Positions 1 through 9,293 of a DNA stretch of 64,000 nucleotides are shown here, in pieces. Origin of the DNA: a virus (lineage: Duplodnaviria; Caudoviricetes). The position numbers were made by a program, and so were the translations under genes. Every line of letters starts with the position of its first letter. The stretch's first letter is position 1. Location of the stretch: IMG/VR virus record IMGVR_UViG_3300033072_000957, positions 1-64,000 of that record; one strand, given 5' to 3'. Below the pieces are notes generated by a model. That model saw only the letters and a list, made by a program, of their open reading frames with translations. It searched no databases and was not told where the DNA came from.

Positions 1-1724
1 CTATATGTTTTTGTATTTGGAGATGCGTCAGGTGCTGATGATGATAATAAACCAGCAACAAATCTTAAAATTTCTGATACGTCGGTATTTTTATCAAAAT
101 TATTGAAATAAGAACCTTCTAAACTTGTTTTCCAATCATTTGAGGTTGGTATACCTACATTAATATTTGCAGCGTGTATTGATTGCGAAACTGATAACGC
201 ATATTTGGCTGTTGTTACACCATCAGGTGAACTCATTAAACTCGCACCACTTCCTGTAATTTGAATATTCTGATTTGTACCATAGAACGAACCAGTTTGT
301 TGCCATATATTTGTGGCATTTAAATCTATCGTTAATTGGTCTAAGGTTTCAGATACAGAACCTGATAATAAATCAATTGATGCAGATAATGAAGAAGATA
401 AATTAGTTAATTCTGTGGCTAAAATAATTCTATCTTCATCACCAAGTTGACCGGCAACCCAATAATTGTTTGCAGAATCCCACAATAAACTACCTGAGAT
501 TTGGTCGGGGTTTGTTACATCTTTAATTAATAAACCACCAAAGGCAGCTTCACTACCATTTAATTCAATAACATTATCACCTAATGATATTGTTGTTGAG
601 TTAACCGATGTTGTTGTTCCTTTTACATATAAGTCACCTTTAATGGTTACATTACTACCAGTTACTTCAATTGCACCACTTATAGAACTTGAAAATTGAT
701 TTAAAGAATCAATTCTTGTAGATAATGAACTTGATAATGTACTAACAGATGAACTAAATGAACTTGATACGTTATCTATTGTGGTATATAAATCATCAAT
801 AGATGCCGATACTGAACTAGATAAAGCACTTATAGATGATGATAATGAACTTGATAATATTAATGTGGTATTGTCTAATGAAGATGAAAAATCGGAAACA
901 TTACCAATTCCTTGAATCCATACTCCGTCTGATGGATTTGTTAAATTTTCAATTCTACTTATTGAACCAGTGTCGGTATAAACAGTTTTAAATCTTAAAC
1001 TACTTGAACCTAATTCATATTGAATATCGGCGTGGGGATGAAGTGATGAAGATAATCTTGCTCCAATTACTAATTTATGTAAATTATCCGGATTTAATTC
1101 TTCGTGACCTAAGTATAAATTACCACTTAAAAATGTGGCGCCTTGAACTATGAAAGTTCCTGTATCGTGAAGATGGATTTGAAAATCGACATTATCACTA
1201 ACCCTACTATTTCTTAATTGACCATCTACTCCGTACTTTACTAAATATTGTGGCGTTAAACCTGTACTTAATAACGCAATTGTTCTTTCATCACCTAATT
1301 GACCTCCAATCCATCTATTGTTGGTGGTATCCCATAATAATGATCCCGATATACTTGGGGCAGTTGGGTCTTTAATTAAAAGACCTCCATTTGTTGCCGC
1401 AGTACCATTTAATTCGATGATATTGTCACCGATAGATACTGTGGTCGAATTTACCGCTGTTGTGGTTCCTTTAACAAGTAAATTACCTTTAACCGTTAAA
1501 TTAGAACCTGTGGTTTCCAATGCTTCATTTATCGAAGCCGTAAACAAATTTAATTCTGTTGTACCAGCCTGTCCAATAAAGTCAGTTAATGATAAACCCG
1601 ATACATATAAATTGTCGGCATATACTGCGTGAAGTGAACCAGTCTCGTTACCTAAATCAATTATAGAACCCGATGGAACTAAAGAAGTGTTAATCTGGGT
1701 CCAATTTATCTGTTGTAATGCCAT
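1..1724 (-). CDS. Virion/tail-associated protein with an internally duplicated domain, truncated at the window edge (absent from the ORF track)
   Basis: ATG at 1724-1722. My manual translation is open to the window edge (MALQQINWTQINTSLVPSGSIIDLG...). It contains two copies of SNxTxKGxLxVKGTTTxVNSTT...GSLLWD..NN.W..GQLGDE, plus Ser-rich coiled segments. Confidence 0.8.
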   Translation of the reverse strand, partial: MALQQINWTQINTSLVPSGSIIDLGNETGSLHAVYADNLYVSGLSLTDFIGQAGTTELNLFTASINEALETTGSNLTVKGNLLVKGTTTAVNSTTVSIGDNIIELNGTAATNGGLLIKDPTAPSISGSLLWDTTNNRWIGGQLGDERTIALLSTGLTPQYLVKYGVDGQLRNSRVSDNVDFQIHLHDTGTFIVQGATFLSGNLYLGHEELNPDNLHKLVIGARLSSSLHPHADIQYELGSSSLRFKTVYTDTGSISRIENLTNPSDGVWIQGIGNVSDFSSSLDNTTLILSSSLSSSISALSSSVSASIDDLYTTIDNVSSSFSSSVSTLSSSLSTRIDSLNQFSSSISGAIEVTGSNVTIKGDLYVKGTTTSVNSTTISLGDNVIELNGSEAAFGGLLIKDVTNPDQISGSLLWDSANNYWVAGQLGDEDRIILATELTNLSSSLSASIDLLSGSVSETLDQLTIDLNATNIWQQTGSFYGTNQNIQITGSGASLMSSPDGVTTAKYALSVSQSIHAANINVGIPTSNDWKTSLEGSYFNNFDKNTDVSEILRFVAGLLSSSAPDASPNTKTY

Positions 1725-1773
1725 TTAAAAGTAAAGTCTTTTACATAAATACTTTTATTCTACTTCTTAGCAT

Positions 1774-1800
1774 AAAAAAAGGGATTTTTTAATCCCTTTT
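1774..1800. terminator. Intrinsic terminator, bidirectional-type
   Basis: Perfect stem AAAAGGGATT-tttt-AATCCCTTTT immediately after the glutaredoxin stop codon. Confidence 0.75.
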
Positions 1801-1804
1801 TGTT

Positions 1805-2077
1805 TTAAACATATGATTTAATCATTTCAAGTAGTTCATCTTTGTCTTTATAGTCCCTTCCAGGTACAAAAACGGGTCCACTTTCACCTCCCTCTAACCC
1901 AACAAAAACTGTTGGTAATGAATTGTGACCTGTTTGATTTACCACTTGGTCCCATAATTTTTGATTACTCCCAATTTCTATTTCTTGGAATGGTATACTG
2001 TTTTGTGTTAGTTTAGTTTTAAGTTCGACACAATGTCCACATCCGTTTAATGTAAAAACAACAATTTTGTTTGCCAT
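1805..2077 (-). CDS. Glutaredoxin / NrdH-like redoxin
   Basis: CGHC active site, cis-Pro motif SLPTVFV, 90 aa. Confidence 0.85.
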   Translation of the reverse strand: MANKIVVFTLNGCGHCVELKTKLTQNSIPFQEIEIGSNQKLWDQVVNQTGHNSLPTVFVGLEGGESGPVFVPGRDYKDKDELLEMIKSYV

Positions 2078-2078
2078 A

Positions 2079-2384
2079 TTAAAGATTATCTAAAATATTT
2101 TTATAATAGTTATCTTGGTTAGCACCCGTTGACCTATCAACAACCTTAGTTCCATCATATATGATTACCGTAGGAACTGAACGAATTCCCATATCCAATG
2201 CAATGTCCATATTTTCATCAACATCGACTTTCACAAATACCACATTTGGGTAATCGTTTTCAATATTTTCTAATCTTGGGATTAATGCTTTACAGGGTCC
2301 ACACCATTTGGCCCAAAAATCCACTAATACCTTCTTACCTTGAGATGTTAATTCACCTACCTTTTCTGCTGTTACGTTTTCCAT
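2079..2384 (-). CDS. trxA: Thioredoxin
   Basis: DFWAKWCGPCK, VKVDVD and IRSVPT motifs. Confidence 0.92.
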   Translation of the reverse strand: MENVTAEKVGELTSQGKKVLVDFWAKWCGPCKALIPRLENIENDYPNVVFVKVDVDENMDIALDMGIRSVPTVIIYDGTKVVDRSTGANQDNYYKNILDNL

Positions 2385-2386
2385 AT

Positions 2387-3472
2387 TTAGTATAATCCTA
2401 TTTTACTTTTATTTGATGTTTTTATTAATTCTGTGTCTATATTATATATATCCGCCAAACTCATTGCTTCACCAACTTCGTGTTCTTTTTTCAAAAATTT
2501 CAATAATTTATTGGAATCTTCAACATTCAATTTCTCAAATTTATGTTCTGCAATTAATCTACCCTTACGGAGTAATGCTTGGTCAATTTTTTCCCTTTTC
2601 ATATTGAAAGTGGCTAAGATTTGAATATTCAAACAATCTCCTAAAATACCGTCTGTTAAGTTCAAAATATTAGAAACTCCTGCAGGTGAACCATTACCCT
2701 CTCTATCTGCAATAACTCTTTCCGCATCTTCAATTATTAGGATACTATTTTTATGGTCCATTAAGAATGGGATAATTGAAGGTTCAGATAACATCTCCGC
2801 CATTGATGGTGGGATAAATAAAATATCTTTATCTTTAACTAATGTAGTTAAATGTTTTATGTATGATGTTTTTCCAGTACCAGGGTCTCCGTGAAGTAAG
2901 ATAATTCCTTTATCGTTTGGTTTATTTAATCTTTCAATAATGACTTCGTGAACTTTTTTAAATGACTTACCATAATTCATTTCCAAATCCATCGGTTGGA
3001 CGAATAAATCATAATCTTCAGTATCTAAATGACCCATATCACTTTTAACCAAACTTATGTTACATTTTTTTCTTGGTCTCTCGTATTTTTTAAGGTCGAC
3101 ATTTTCAAATTGAGTATCGAAATCCCCATTTTTAAAATTATAAATAACGTCTATTTGAACAAGGTTATCTTTGTTTTTATTTACACTACCGTAAACTCTA
3201 ATCATAATTTGTTTTTTTTCATTTACAAATAATGATTGAGATGATAAATCAAATCTTCTATTGGATGCAAAAACTTTAGTTTCTTCAACATAACCTAAAG
3301 TAGTTAAATGTCCAATAATTGATGGGTCATAACTTAAATTATTTAAATGTTTAGAAGGTAGAGCATCAAATTTAACTACGAAATATTGTTCCATCGGAAT
3401 TTCTGTACCGTAAACGGTATCATACATAGGATATGAACTTGAAAATGTTTTTTCCATAAAATAATAATACAA
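2387..3472 (-). CDS. AAA+ ATPase
   Basis: Walker A GDPGTGKT, Walker B IIIEDAE, sensor ATFN, and Arg finger ALLRKGRL. Confidence 0.88.
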   Translation of the reverse strand: MYYYFMEKTFSSSYPMYDTVYGTEIPMEQYFVVKFDALPSKHLNNLSYDPSIIGHLTTLGYVEETKVFASNRRFDLSSQSLFVNEKKQIMIRVYGSVNKNKDNLVQIDVIYNFKNGDFDTQFENVDLKKYERPRKKCNISLVKSDMGHLDTEDYDLFVQPMDLEMNYGKSFKKVHEVIIERLNKPNDKGIILLHGDPGTGKTSYIKHLTTLVKDKDILFIPPSMAEMLSEPSIIPFLMDHKNSILIIEDAERVIADREGNGSPAGVSNILNLTDGILGDCLNIQILATFNMKREKIDQALLRKGRLIAEHKFEKLNVEDSNKLLKFLKKEHEVGEAMSLADIYNIDTELIKTSNKSKIGLY

Positions 3473-3493
3473 TAAAATGATAATAAAATAAAG

Positions 3494-3814
3494 TTAGTTG
3501 AGACAAATTTTACCATACCCTCTGGCATCGATAAAAATTCTATCTTCTAAACTTTCAAGATTTTCCTCTTCGGGAAGTTCTTTGATTGCAATTGCTGCAG
3601 CTATTAAGGTTTTTCTCAATAATTCAAACTGAACTCTTGATAACATAACCTCTCCATTTGATTTGAAATTTTTCTCTGAAATTTCTGCTAAATGATGAAA
3701 AAAAGTTTCTTCGTCAATACCCTCAGCTAAAAAATAATTTTTCGCCTCTTCATTGGTACTAAGAAAATTTTTTACTGTTTGTATATAAATTAAAACTTCG
3801 GGTGATAATTCCAT
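3494..3814 (-). CDS. Hypothetical protein
   Basis: Co-oriented ORF in a tight operon; its start overlaps the NusG stop. Confidence 0.7.
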   Translation of the reverse strand: MELSPEVLIYIQTVKNFLSTNEEAKNYFLAEGIDEETFFHHLAEISEKNFKSNGEVMLSRVQFELLRKTLIAAAIAIKELPEEENLESLEDRIFIDARGYGKICLN

Positions 3815-4338
3815 TATATTTTTTCTATTTGATTCAAAGTTAATGAAACTGCGGTATTTCTCCCAAAAATTTTAACTTCAACATCAACCTTATCTCCTTT
3901 AACGTCAGAAATAATACCTTCAAATGATGAGAAAGGTCCTTCTGATATTACAACTCTTTCACCAATTGTGTACTTTAAACGTTTAGATTCGATATGTTCT
4001 TCTAATGTATCATCTTTTAAAATTCTTCTAACGTCGGCCTCTTTTAAAAGAACGGGCATTCTATCTCCCATCATACCCATAATATTTGGTATTAATGAGA
4101 TTGTTTTTAATTCAGGTTCATCTAACTTATTTGTTGCTTCAAAATACAAATACCCACTATAAAGAACTTTTTCTCTTAATACTTTTTTATTTTTAACAAC
4201 AACAAAATGTTTTTCTGTTGGACAAACAAAACGAATTACATTTTTAATTTTACCTAATGATATTTGTTTATTAAAGTCTTCGTTTAGTGACCTTTCTTTA
4301 CCCGGTAAAACTTTTACCACGTACCAATTCGATTCCAT
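3814..4338 (-). CDS. nusG: Transcription elongation/antitermination factor NusG (NGN + KOW domains)
   Basis: NGN motifs WYVVKVLPGKE and LYSGYLYFE; KOW motif GERVVISEGPFSSFEG...VEVKIFGRNT. Confidence 0.9.
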   Translation of the reverse strand: MESNWYVVKVLPGKERSLNEDFNKQISLGKIKNVIRFVCPTEKHFVVVKNKKVLREKVLYSGYLYFEATNKLDEPELKTISLIPNIMGMMGDRMPVLLKEADVRRILKDDTLEEHIESKRLKYTIGERVVISEGPFSSFEGIISDVKGDKVDVEVKIFGRNTAVSLTLNQIEKI

Positions 4339-4363
4339 AACTAATTTTTAAATAAATATAATT

Positions 4364-5200
4364 TTAATAATTCATAATTAAAAGTTCAGTGCCCATATTC
4401 TTCTCCTTCTTGGTTGACGCAGCTTTACTGAAATCTTTTTGTTCCCAACGATATTGGTCTCTTGGAAACCATTCGGATAATTGTGGAAAATCGTAATATG
4501 ATAAACTAAACTTACCTTGAATTCCCTTTATACAATCCGCCAATCTAATATGGTCGTTTGCATCAAAATCGTGATTTGAATAATAATTCTCCGTTTTCCA
4601 ATATGGAGGGTCCATATAGAAATAAGTTGTTGGGGAATCGTATTTTTCTACTACTTGTTGAAAATCCAAATTTTCAACAAATGTGATTTTATCAAAATGT
4701 TGACGGTACTTCGGGTTTTTTAATTTATCCATAAAGACCAATACTTTACATCGATATTCACCCTTGTAATCCATATACTTTGCTGTCTCAGGTTTTGAAC
4801 CTGAAAATACTTGACCTAAAACATAAACATACTTACAAGCAATTTCTAAACTATTTTCTTCAGTTATAACTAAATTTTCGTCAAATATTTCTCTTTGATA
4901 TTGATTGAACATTTCCGCATATTGTGGTGGGGTATCGACAACTCCTAATTGCTGACAAGGATAATGCGACAAACCTTCCCATAACACATCATAATCCTTA
5001 GCCCACTTTAATAGATTATAATTTAATCTATTATAATCGTTGTAAACAACGGTTTTAAGATTGGGATATTTTTCTAAATCCATATTAAAAAAAACCCAAA
5101 ACATACCTGAAAATCCTTCTACATACGTTTCAATGTCTTGTGGAATAAATTCTTTAATCCATTTACCAATTCTTGCTTTACCTCCAATATATGATATCAT
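4364..5200 (-). CDS. DNA N6-adenine methyltransferase, Dam/D12 (alpha) class
   Basis: YIGGK N-terminus, diverged motif I YVEGFSG, motif IV YMDPPY, C-terminal ELLIMNY. Confidence 0.88.
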   Translation of the reverse strand: MISYIGGKARIGKWIKEFIPQDIETYVEGFSGMFWVFFNMDLEKYPNLKTVVYNDYNRLNYNLLKWAKDYDVLWEGLSHYPCQQLGVVDTPPQYAEMFNQYQREIFDENLVITEENSLEIACKYVYVLGQVFSGSKPETAKYMDYKGEYRCKVLVFMDKLKNPKYRQHFDKITFVENLDFQQVVEKYDSPTTYFYMDPPYWKTENYYSNHDFDANDHIRLADCIKGIQGKFSLSYYDFPQLSEWFPRDQYRWEQKDFSKAASTKKEKNMGTELLIMNY

Positions 5201-5275
5201 TCTTTTAAATTTTTGTACCTAAAAAAATATAACCTAAAAAATTGAAAAAAAGAAATAAGTTGTGTATATTTTAAT

Positions 5276-5443
5276 ATGGCTTGTAAAAAATGTAAACAAA
5301 AAAATGATGGTTCATTCAACCCATCCACTCAAGAAATCTTAAATAACATTACAGGTATTACTCGTTTTGTTAAGATTGTAATGGTTGTTTGGACACTATT
5401 GGCAGCATATGGTGTGTATGCTATCATTCGTGATTTTCTATGA
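5276..5443 (+). CDS. Small membrane protein, 55 aa (absent from the ORF track)
   Basis: MACKKCKQKNDG...FVKIVMVVWTLLAAYGVYAIIRDFL*. N-terminal CxxC, one TM helix, and an ATGA overlap with the next + strand gene. Confidence 0.65.
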   Translation: MACKKCKQKNDGSFNPSTQEILNNITGITRFVKIVMVVWTLLAAYGVYAIIRDFL

Positions 5444-6078
5444 AAAACGGAAAATATTTTATAGTACTTTTTTGTAATAAGAAAAAGATTAAAATATTCT
5501 ATCGTTGTATGCAAAGAACCACGGTATATGAATATTGGAGAGAGTATAAAACTCAGAAAAAACCCGCCTTCATTAAATTGCAGGGAGGTAAACGTAAAAA
5601 AGAGTTATTATATGAACTTGCCCTTATTTTTCCAAACAACAGATGGGCAACTAATCCGTGGGTTAAAGATAGTTTAGGGAGAAATCAAGAAGCCAAGATT
5701 GAGGGGGATAAGTTTCGCATTAAAGAAATTATACCTTATTGGCAAGAAGAATTAATTTACGATTTTAATACTAAAAAAAGAATTCGATATCACGAAATGA
5801 TGGAGTATATCTTATCGGTAAAAGATATTGCACAAATCTTCACATTAAATAAAAATTTATTTGTTCAGATTGAGAATGATGTTAGGATGTTCGGGAACAA
5901 AAATCTTGCAGATTCTGAAAGATTATTTGAAATTGTAAAAGAAGATCTTATAAATCGTAAAAGAGGTAATTTTATTTTTGTAAAAGATGTTACGACACAT
6001 CAACGGAAACTCCTTTATGAGTTATTAGAATCTAAAGGATTTAAAAGACAGGAGTTGTTTAGACATTACTCGTATTAA
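5440..6078 (+). CDS. Hypothetical protein
   Basis: 212 aa ORF with normal composition; one of only two credible + strand genes in the window. Confidence 0.75.
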   Translation: MKNGKYFIVLFCNKKKIKIFYRCMQRTTVYEYWREYKTQKKPAFIKLQGGKRKKELLYELALIFPNNRWATNPWVKDSLGRNQEAKIEGDKFRIKEIIPYWQEELIYDFNTKKRIRYHEMMEYILSVKDIAQIFTLNKNLFVQIENDVRMFGNKNLADSERLFEIVKEDLINRKRGNFIFVKDVTTHQRKLLYELLESKGFKRQELFRHYSY

Positions 6079-6292
6079 ATACGATATCCACAAATCCAAT
6101 TGTTATAGTAAACGTGTTTTTTGGCATTTCGGACTTTCTTCCGTATTTTTTTTGTATAGTTTCAAATGCCCTTTCAAATTCCATTTTGGATAATTCAATC
6201 ACAATAGTTTGTGATTTGCTCTCGAGATTTATTTTCTCTAATAAGTCTGATATAATTGCTAATTGATTTAATAAATCACCTTTTTTTTCCAT
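6059..6292 (-). CDS. Hypothetical protein
   Basis: Co-oriented ORF whose start overlaps the upstream gene stop. Confidence 0.65.
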   Translation of the reverse strand: MEKKGDLLNQLAIISDLLEKINLESKSQTIVIELSKMEFERAFETIQKKYGRKSEMPKNTFTITIGFVDIVFNTSNV

Positions 6293-6479
6293 ATCCCAAT
6301 ATCATAAGTAGTTTACTTATTATAGATATTTTCTTTTTTGGTTTTGGTTTGAACATTTCTTCTTTGTTCAATGACTTTATTTGGTTAATCATCTGATTCT
6401 TGTGGTTCTGAATCTCCTTCTTGTCCTTCTCCACTTCCTTCTCCAACCACTCCTTCGCTTGCTGTAATCTCTTGTCCAT
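6276..6479 (-). CDS. Hypothetical coiled-coil, basic protein
   Basis: Amphipathic helical sequence MDKRLQQAKEWLEKE...; overlaps the upstream ORF by 95 nt. Confidence 0.65.
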   Translation of the reverse strand: MDKRLQQAKEWLEKEVEKDKKEIQNHKNQMINQIKSLNKEEMFKPKPKKKISIISKLLMILGYGKKR

Positions 6480-6840
6480 ATTTGTTCAATAGATTTATAT
6501 CTTTTAATTTATCTAAAGATTCTTTTTTAAATAACTCTTGTAATTCTTTAACCTTCTCTTGGAACAATCTTTGTTTTTCCTCTTCTTCTTTATTCATTTG
6601 CACAATTTCATTTGCACAAGCGAAAACAACATCATATCCATCTTGTGTGCCTTTTGCAACTAAAGAAATCAATGTAAATTTTTCATTCTTATCTTGAATT
6701 TTAACTGCAATTGAACGGTATGGTTTAATTACATCTTCGTATTTCCAATTCAACGGTAATTTAATATCCAAACTAAGATTATCTTGTACTTCTCTAAGAG
6801 AATGGAAAAAAGGTCTTAATGATTTTATATTTTCAAACAC
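6385..6840 (-). CDS. Hypothetical protein
   Basis: 151 aa with a coiled-coil C-terminal half and an acidic tail. Confidence 0.7.
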   Translation of the reverse strand: MFENIKSLRPFFHSLREVQDNLSLDIKLPLNWKYEDVIKPYRSIAVKIQDKNEKFTLISLVAKGTQDGYDVVFACANEIVQMNKEEEEKQRLFQEKVKELQELFKKESLDKLKDINLLNKYGQEITASEGVVGEGSGEGQEGDSEPQESDD

Positions 6841-6844
6841 ATTA

Positions 6845-7024
6845 TTAGATTAAAAAATAAGTTATTATGTATGCGGTGGATAAGTAAAGAAATACTTTTT
6901 CGATTTCTTTTATTACCAAAGGCTCGGGATTTTCTTGTGTTAATTTTAATGTGAATTCAACTATGAATCGCAATTCAAACACCAAACTTAAAACAAATAA
7001 AAATAATTTAATCTCCTGTAACAT
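6845..7024 (-). CDS. Small two-TM membrane protein, 59 aa (absent from the ORF track)
   Basis: MLQEIKLFLFVLSLVFELRFIVEF...VFLYLSTAYIITYFLI*. It fills the gap between two genes. Confidence 0.6.
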   Translation of the reverse strand: MLQEIKLFLFVLSLVFELRFIVEFTLKLTQENPEPLVIKEIEKVFLYLSTAYIITYFLI

Positions 7025-7199
7025 CGTGTCGTTTCATTTCTTCGAGAATGTCCTTACGGTATACTGCAATAAGGAGTTTTATTTCCTGTGCATATTTTCT
7101 CGCTCTTATGGATGCACTACGATTACCTTTTTCGTAAACCTTCTGAGTGTCGACCGACATCTTCTCAACAAGGTCTTTGATTTTCTTTAAGGTTTCCAT
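7008..7199 (-). CDS. Histone H1-like (Hc1 family) nucleoid protein
   Basis: KVYEKGNRSASIRARKYAQEIK resembles the Hc1-family K.F..KGNKAAG.RARK.S.EL pattern as I recall it. Confidence 0.7.
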   Translation of the reverse strand: METLKKIKDLVEKMSVDTQKVYEKGNRSASIRARKYAQEIKLLIAVYRKDILEEMKRHDVTGD

Positions 7200-7239
7200 A
7201 TTTTATTTCGGTTTTTAATACGAATATATGGAAAAAAAT

Positions 7240-7695
7240 TCACTTTTTCAAGTTTTGTTCAAATAATTTATAAATTTCAGTTAGCATATCTAACTCAGAC
7301 CTTGTCTTTCTATACTTAAAATCAAATAATTTATAAAAATATTCACGTATTTTTATTATATTTCCATCTAATTGTTCAAAATAATACGCCTCCAAAAAGA
7401 AATTCCAAAAGTATTCGTAGTGATTACCTCTTTCTTTAAAATAAATTTTTTCTTTATTAAAATTTTCAATTGTTGTATTCCAACACCAAGTAAAATGGTT
7501 TCGTTGGTCATCTTCGGATTGAAGTACGTCCGCACCCAAAAAGGTGTTATCTATAAGTTCATATAAAGACGTAACAAAGTCGTAGAAGAGCTCCGTCTTC
7601 TCACGACTTATGTTGTATGCCTTATACCAGATGTCGATTTGATGTTTGTAACTTTCGGATGAAACAAACTCTAAATAACTCTCCTTGTTTTCCAT
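7240..7695 (-). CDS. Hypothetical protein
   Basis: 151 aa ORF rich in aromatic residues. Confidence 0.7.
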   Translation of the reverse strand: MENKESYLEFVSSESYKHQIDIWYKAYNISREKTELFYDFVTSLYELIDNTFLGADVLQSEDDQRNHFTWCWNTTIENFNKEKIYFKERGNHYEYFWNFFLEAYYFEQLDGNIIKIREYFYKLFDFKYRKTRSELDMLTEIYKLFEQNLKK

Positions 7696-7743
7696 AATCC
7701 TTCTATATAAAATATAAGGACAAAAGAAAATAAAAAGAAGAAA

Positions 7744-9291
7744 TTATTGAGTTTTCTTATTATAAGTTTCTATTTTTTTCATCTTTTCAATTTCTTCAAC
7801 CAATAAAGATGATAAACCTATTTTAGACTCGCTAACCGGAACTTTCTCTTTACTATAGAGAACTCTCTCCTTCTTATCTTTTTCTCTATCCTTAACTTGT
7901 TTTTCTATTTTCTTAGCAGTTTCAGGTGTTGGTATTGTATTACCATCTTTTTCCTCAGGTTGGTCACCAATTTTTGTTCCGTTAGTTGTTTTAACAACTT
8001 CTTTGGTTGGTGCATTACCCATAGTACTATGACCTTCAATTGCCATTTTTAATCTTTTCTTAAATTGTTCTGATGGTTCTACATCATATTCTAAATTCTC
8101 AAGTCCTGCGAAGTTTTTAGCAACCTCCTCATCTTGTTCTTTAGTATTTTTTCTAGCAACTTTTTCACCCTTACCAATTTGTTTTGGGAATTCAGGATTA
8201 TCGTTTCCTTCAAATGACATTGATTTTTTTATTTTTTGTTCAACGTCAGATAAATTTGCTTTATTTTCTTTACCACTTCCACTATGAGCAGCTTCATATG
8301 CTTTTAAACCTGGTATTGATTCGTTAACCATTTTGGTAATTAATTTAACTAATTCCTTTTCGGTTAAACGTAATTTTTTTGTTTTTGATTCTTGCATCAT
8401 ACCTGAACCACATTCATTGCAAACACCTTCTTCACTTAACATTGAACCACATTCATTACACATTTTTGTTCCCTCTTCAACTGATATTGAATCATTTTCA
8501 TCTCCTTCTTCATCATCGTCATCTTCATCTCCTTCTTCATCATCACCAACTGCAGAAAGATAAGTGTCAAATAAATCGTATGCGTATGTATCTTTAAGTT
8601 CATCAATTAACTCATCCTCCTGTTCTTCACTAACATCTCCGTTAGATATGGCTTCTTGTGCAACATAACTAATAACATTATCAGCATATTCAAGTTCATC
8701 TGAAAAAGTTGATGGGTCGTGTTCGGCCATTGCAGAATCACTATATTTTTCCCAAATGGTGTAAACATCAACACCTTCTTCATCATCTTGTTCTTTCATT
8801 TCACCACCACATTCTTTACATTCTTCTTCGTTCCAATCTTCACTCACTTCAGATTCTTCTTCTTCCATTTGTTTCCAACATTCTTCAACATCATATTCTT
8901 TACCGTCAACTGTGAATTTTTCATCACCCGCTTGTTTAGCTTTTGATAATGCATATGAGAATGCGTTACCTTCCATTGGTTGTGTATTTTCCATATTTTG
9001 ATTTTCTTTTTCTTCTAATTCTTGTCCCATTTCATCCATTTTATCTAACATATCACCATAAGATTCATAAACACCTTTTTCAATGATAAATTGTTTACCT
9101 GGGTTATCTTTTTTATAAATGTCCAAATGACTTTCAGCCTCGTCTTGGGTTTCATAATTTGCAACGGGTTCCCCATCACACATTATGTGAAAAACTTCTT
9201 TCTTTGCTTCTTTGGATTCTTTAAGAATTGTTCTTTTAACTTCCTTAGAAACAATGCCTTCAATTATTTGACTTATCTCATTCGATTTCAT
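7744..9291 (-). CDS. Acidic low-complexity protein with CxxC motifs (possible head/scaffold-associated)
   Basis: Very D/E-rich; CKECG and CNECGSMLSEEGVCNECG motifs; TATTTAT motif upstream. Confidence 0.75.
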   Translation of the reverse strand: MKSNEISQIIEGIVSKEVKRTILKESKEAKKEVFHIMCDGEPVANYETQDEAESHLDIYKKDNPGKQFIIEKGVYESYGDMLDKMDEMGQELEEKENQNMENTQPMEGNAFSYALSKAKQAGDEKFTVDGKEYDVEECWKQMEEEESEVSEDWNEEECKECGGEMKEQDDEEGVDVYTIWEKYSDSAMAEHDPSTFSDELEYADNVISYVAQEAISNGDVSEEQEDELIDELKDTYAYDLFDTYLSAVGDDEEGDEDDDDEEGDENDSISVEEGTKMCNECGSMLSEEGVCNECGSGMMQESKTKKLRLTEKELVKLITKMVNESIPGLKAYEAAHSGSGKENKANLSDVEQKIKKSMSFEGNDNPEFPKQIGKGEKVARKNTKEQDEEVAKNFAGLENLEYDVEPSEQFKKRLKMAIEGHSTMGNAPTKEVVKTTNGTKIGDQPEEKDGNTIPTPETAKKIEKQVKDREKDKKERVLYSKEKVPVSESKIGLSSLLVEEIEKMKKIETYNKKTQ

Positions 9292-9293
9292 AC

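Noticed and set aside
466-1632. Two similar + strand ORFs (466-699 and 1318-1632)
   Set aside because: They are the antisense of the duplicated domain in the real minus-strand gene 1-1724.
6276-6292. A8 run at the 6276/6292 gene junction as a second frameshift site
   Set aside because: The downstream ORF has its own ATG in the overlap, so ordinary translational coupling explains it.
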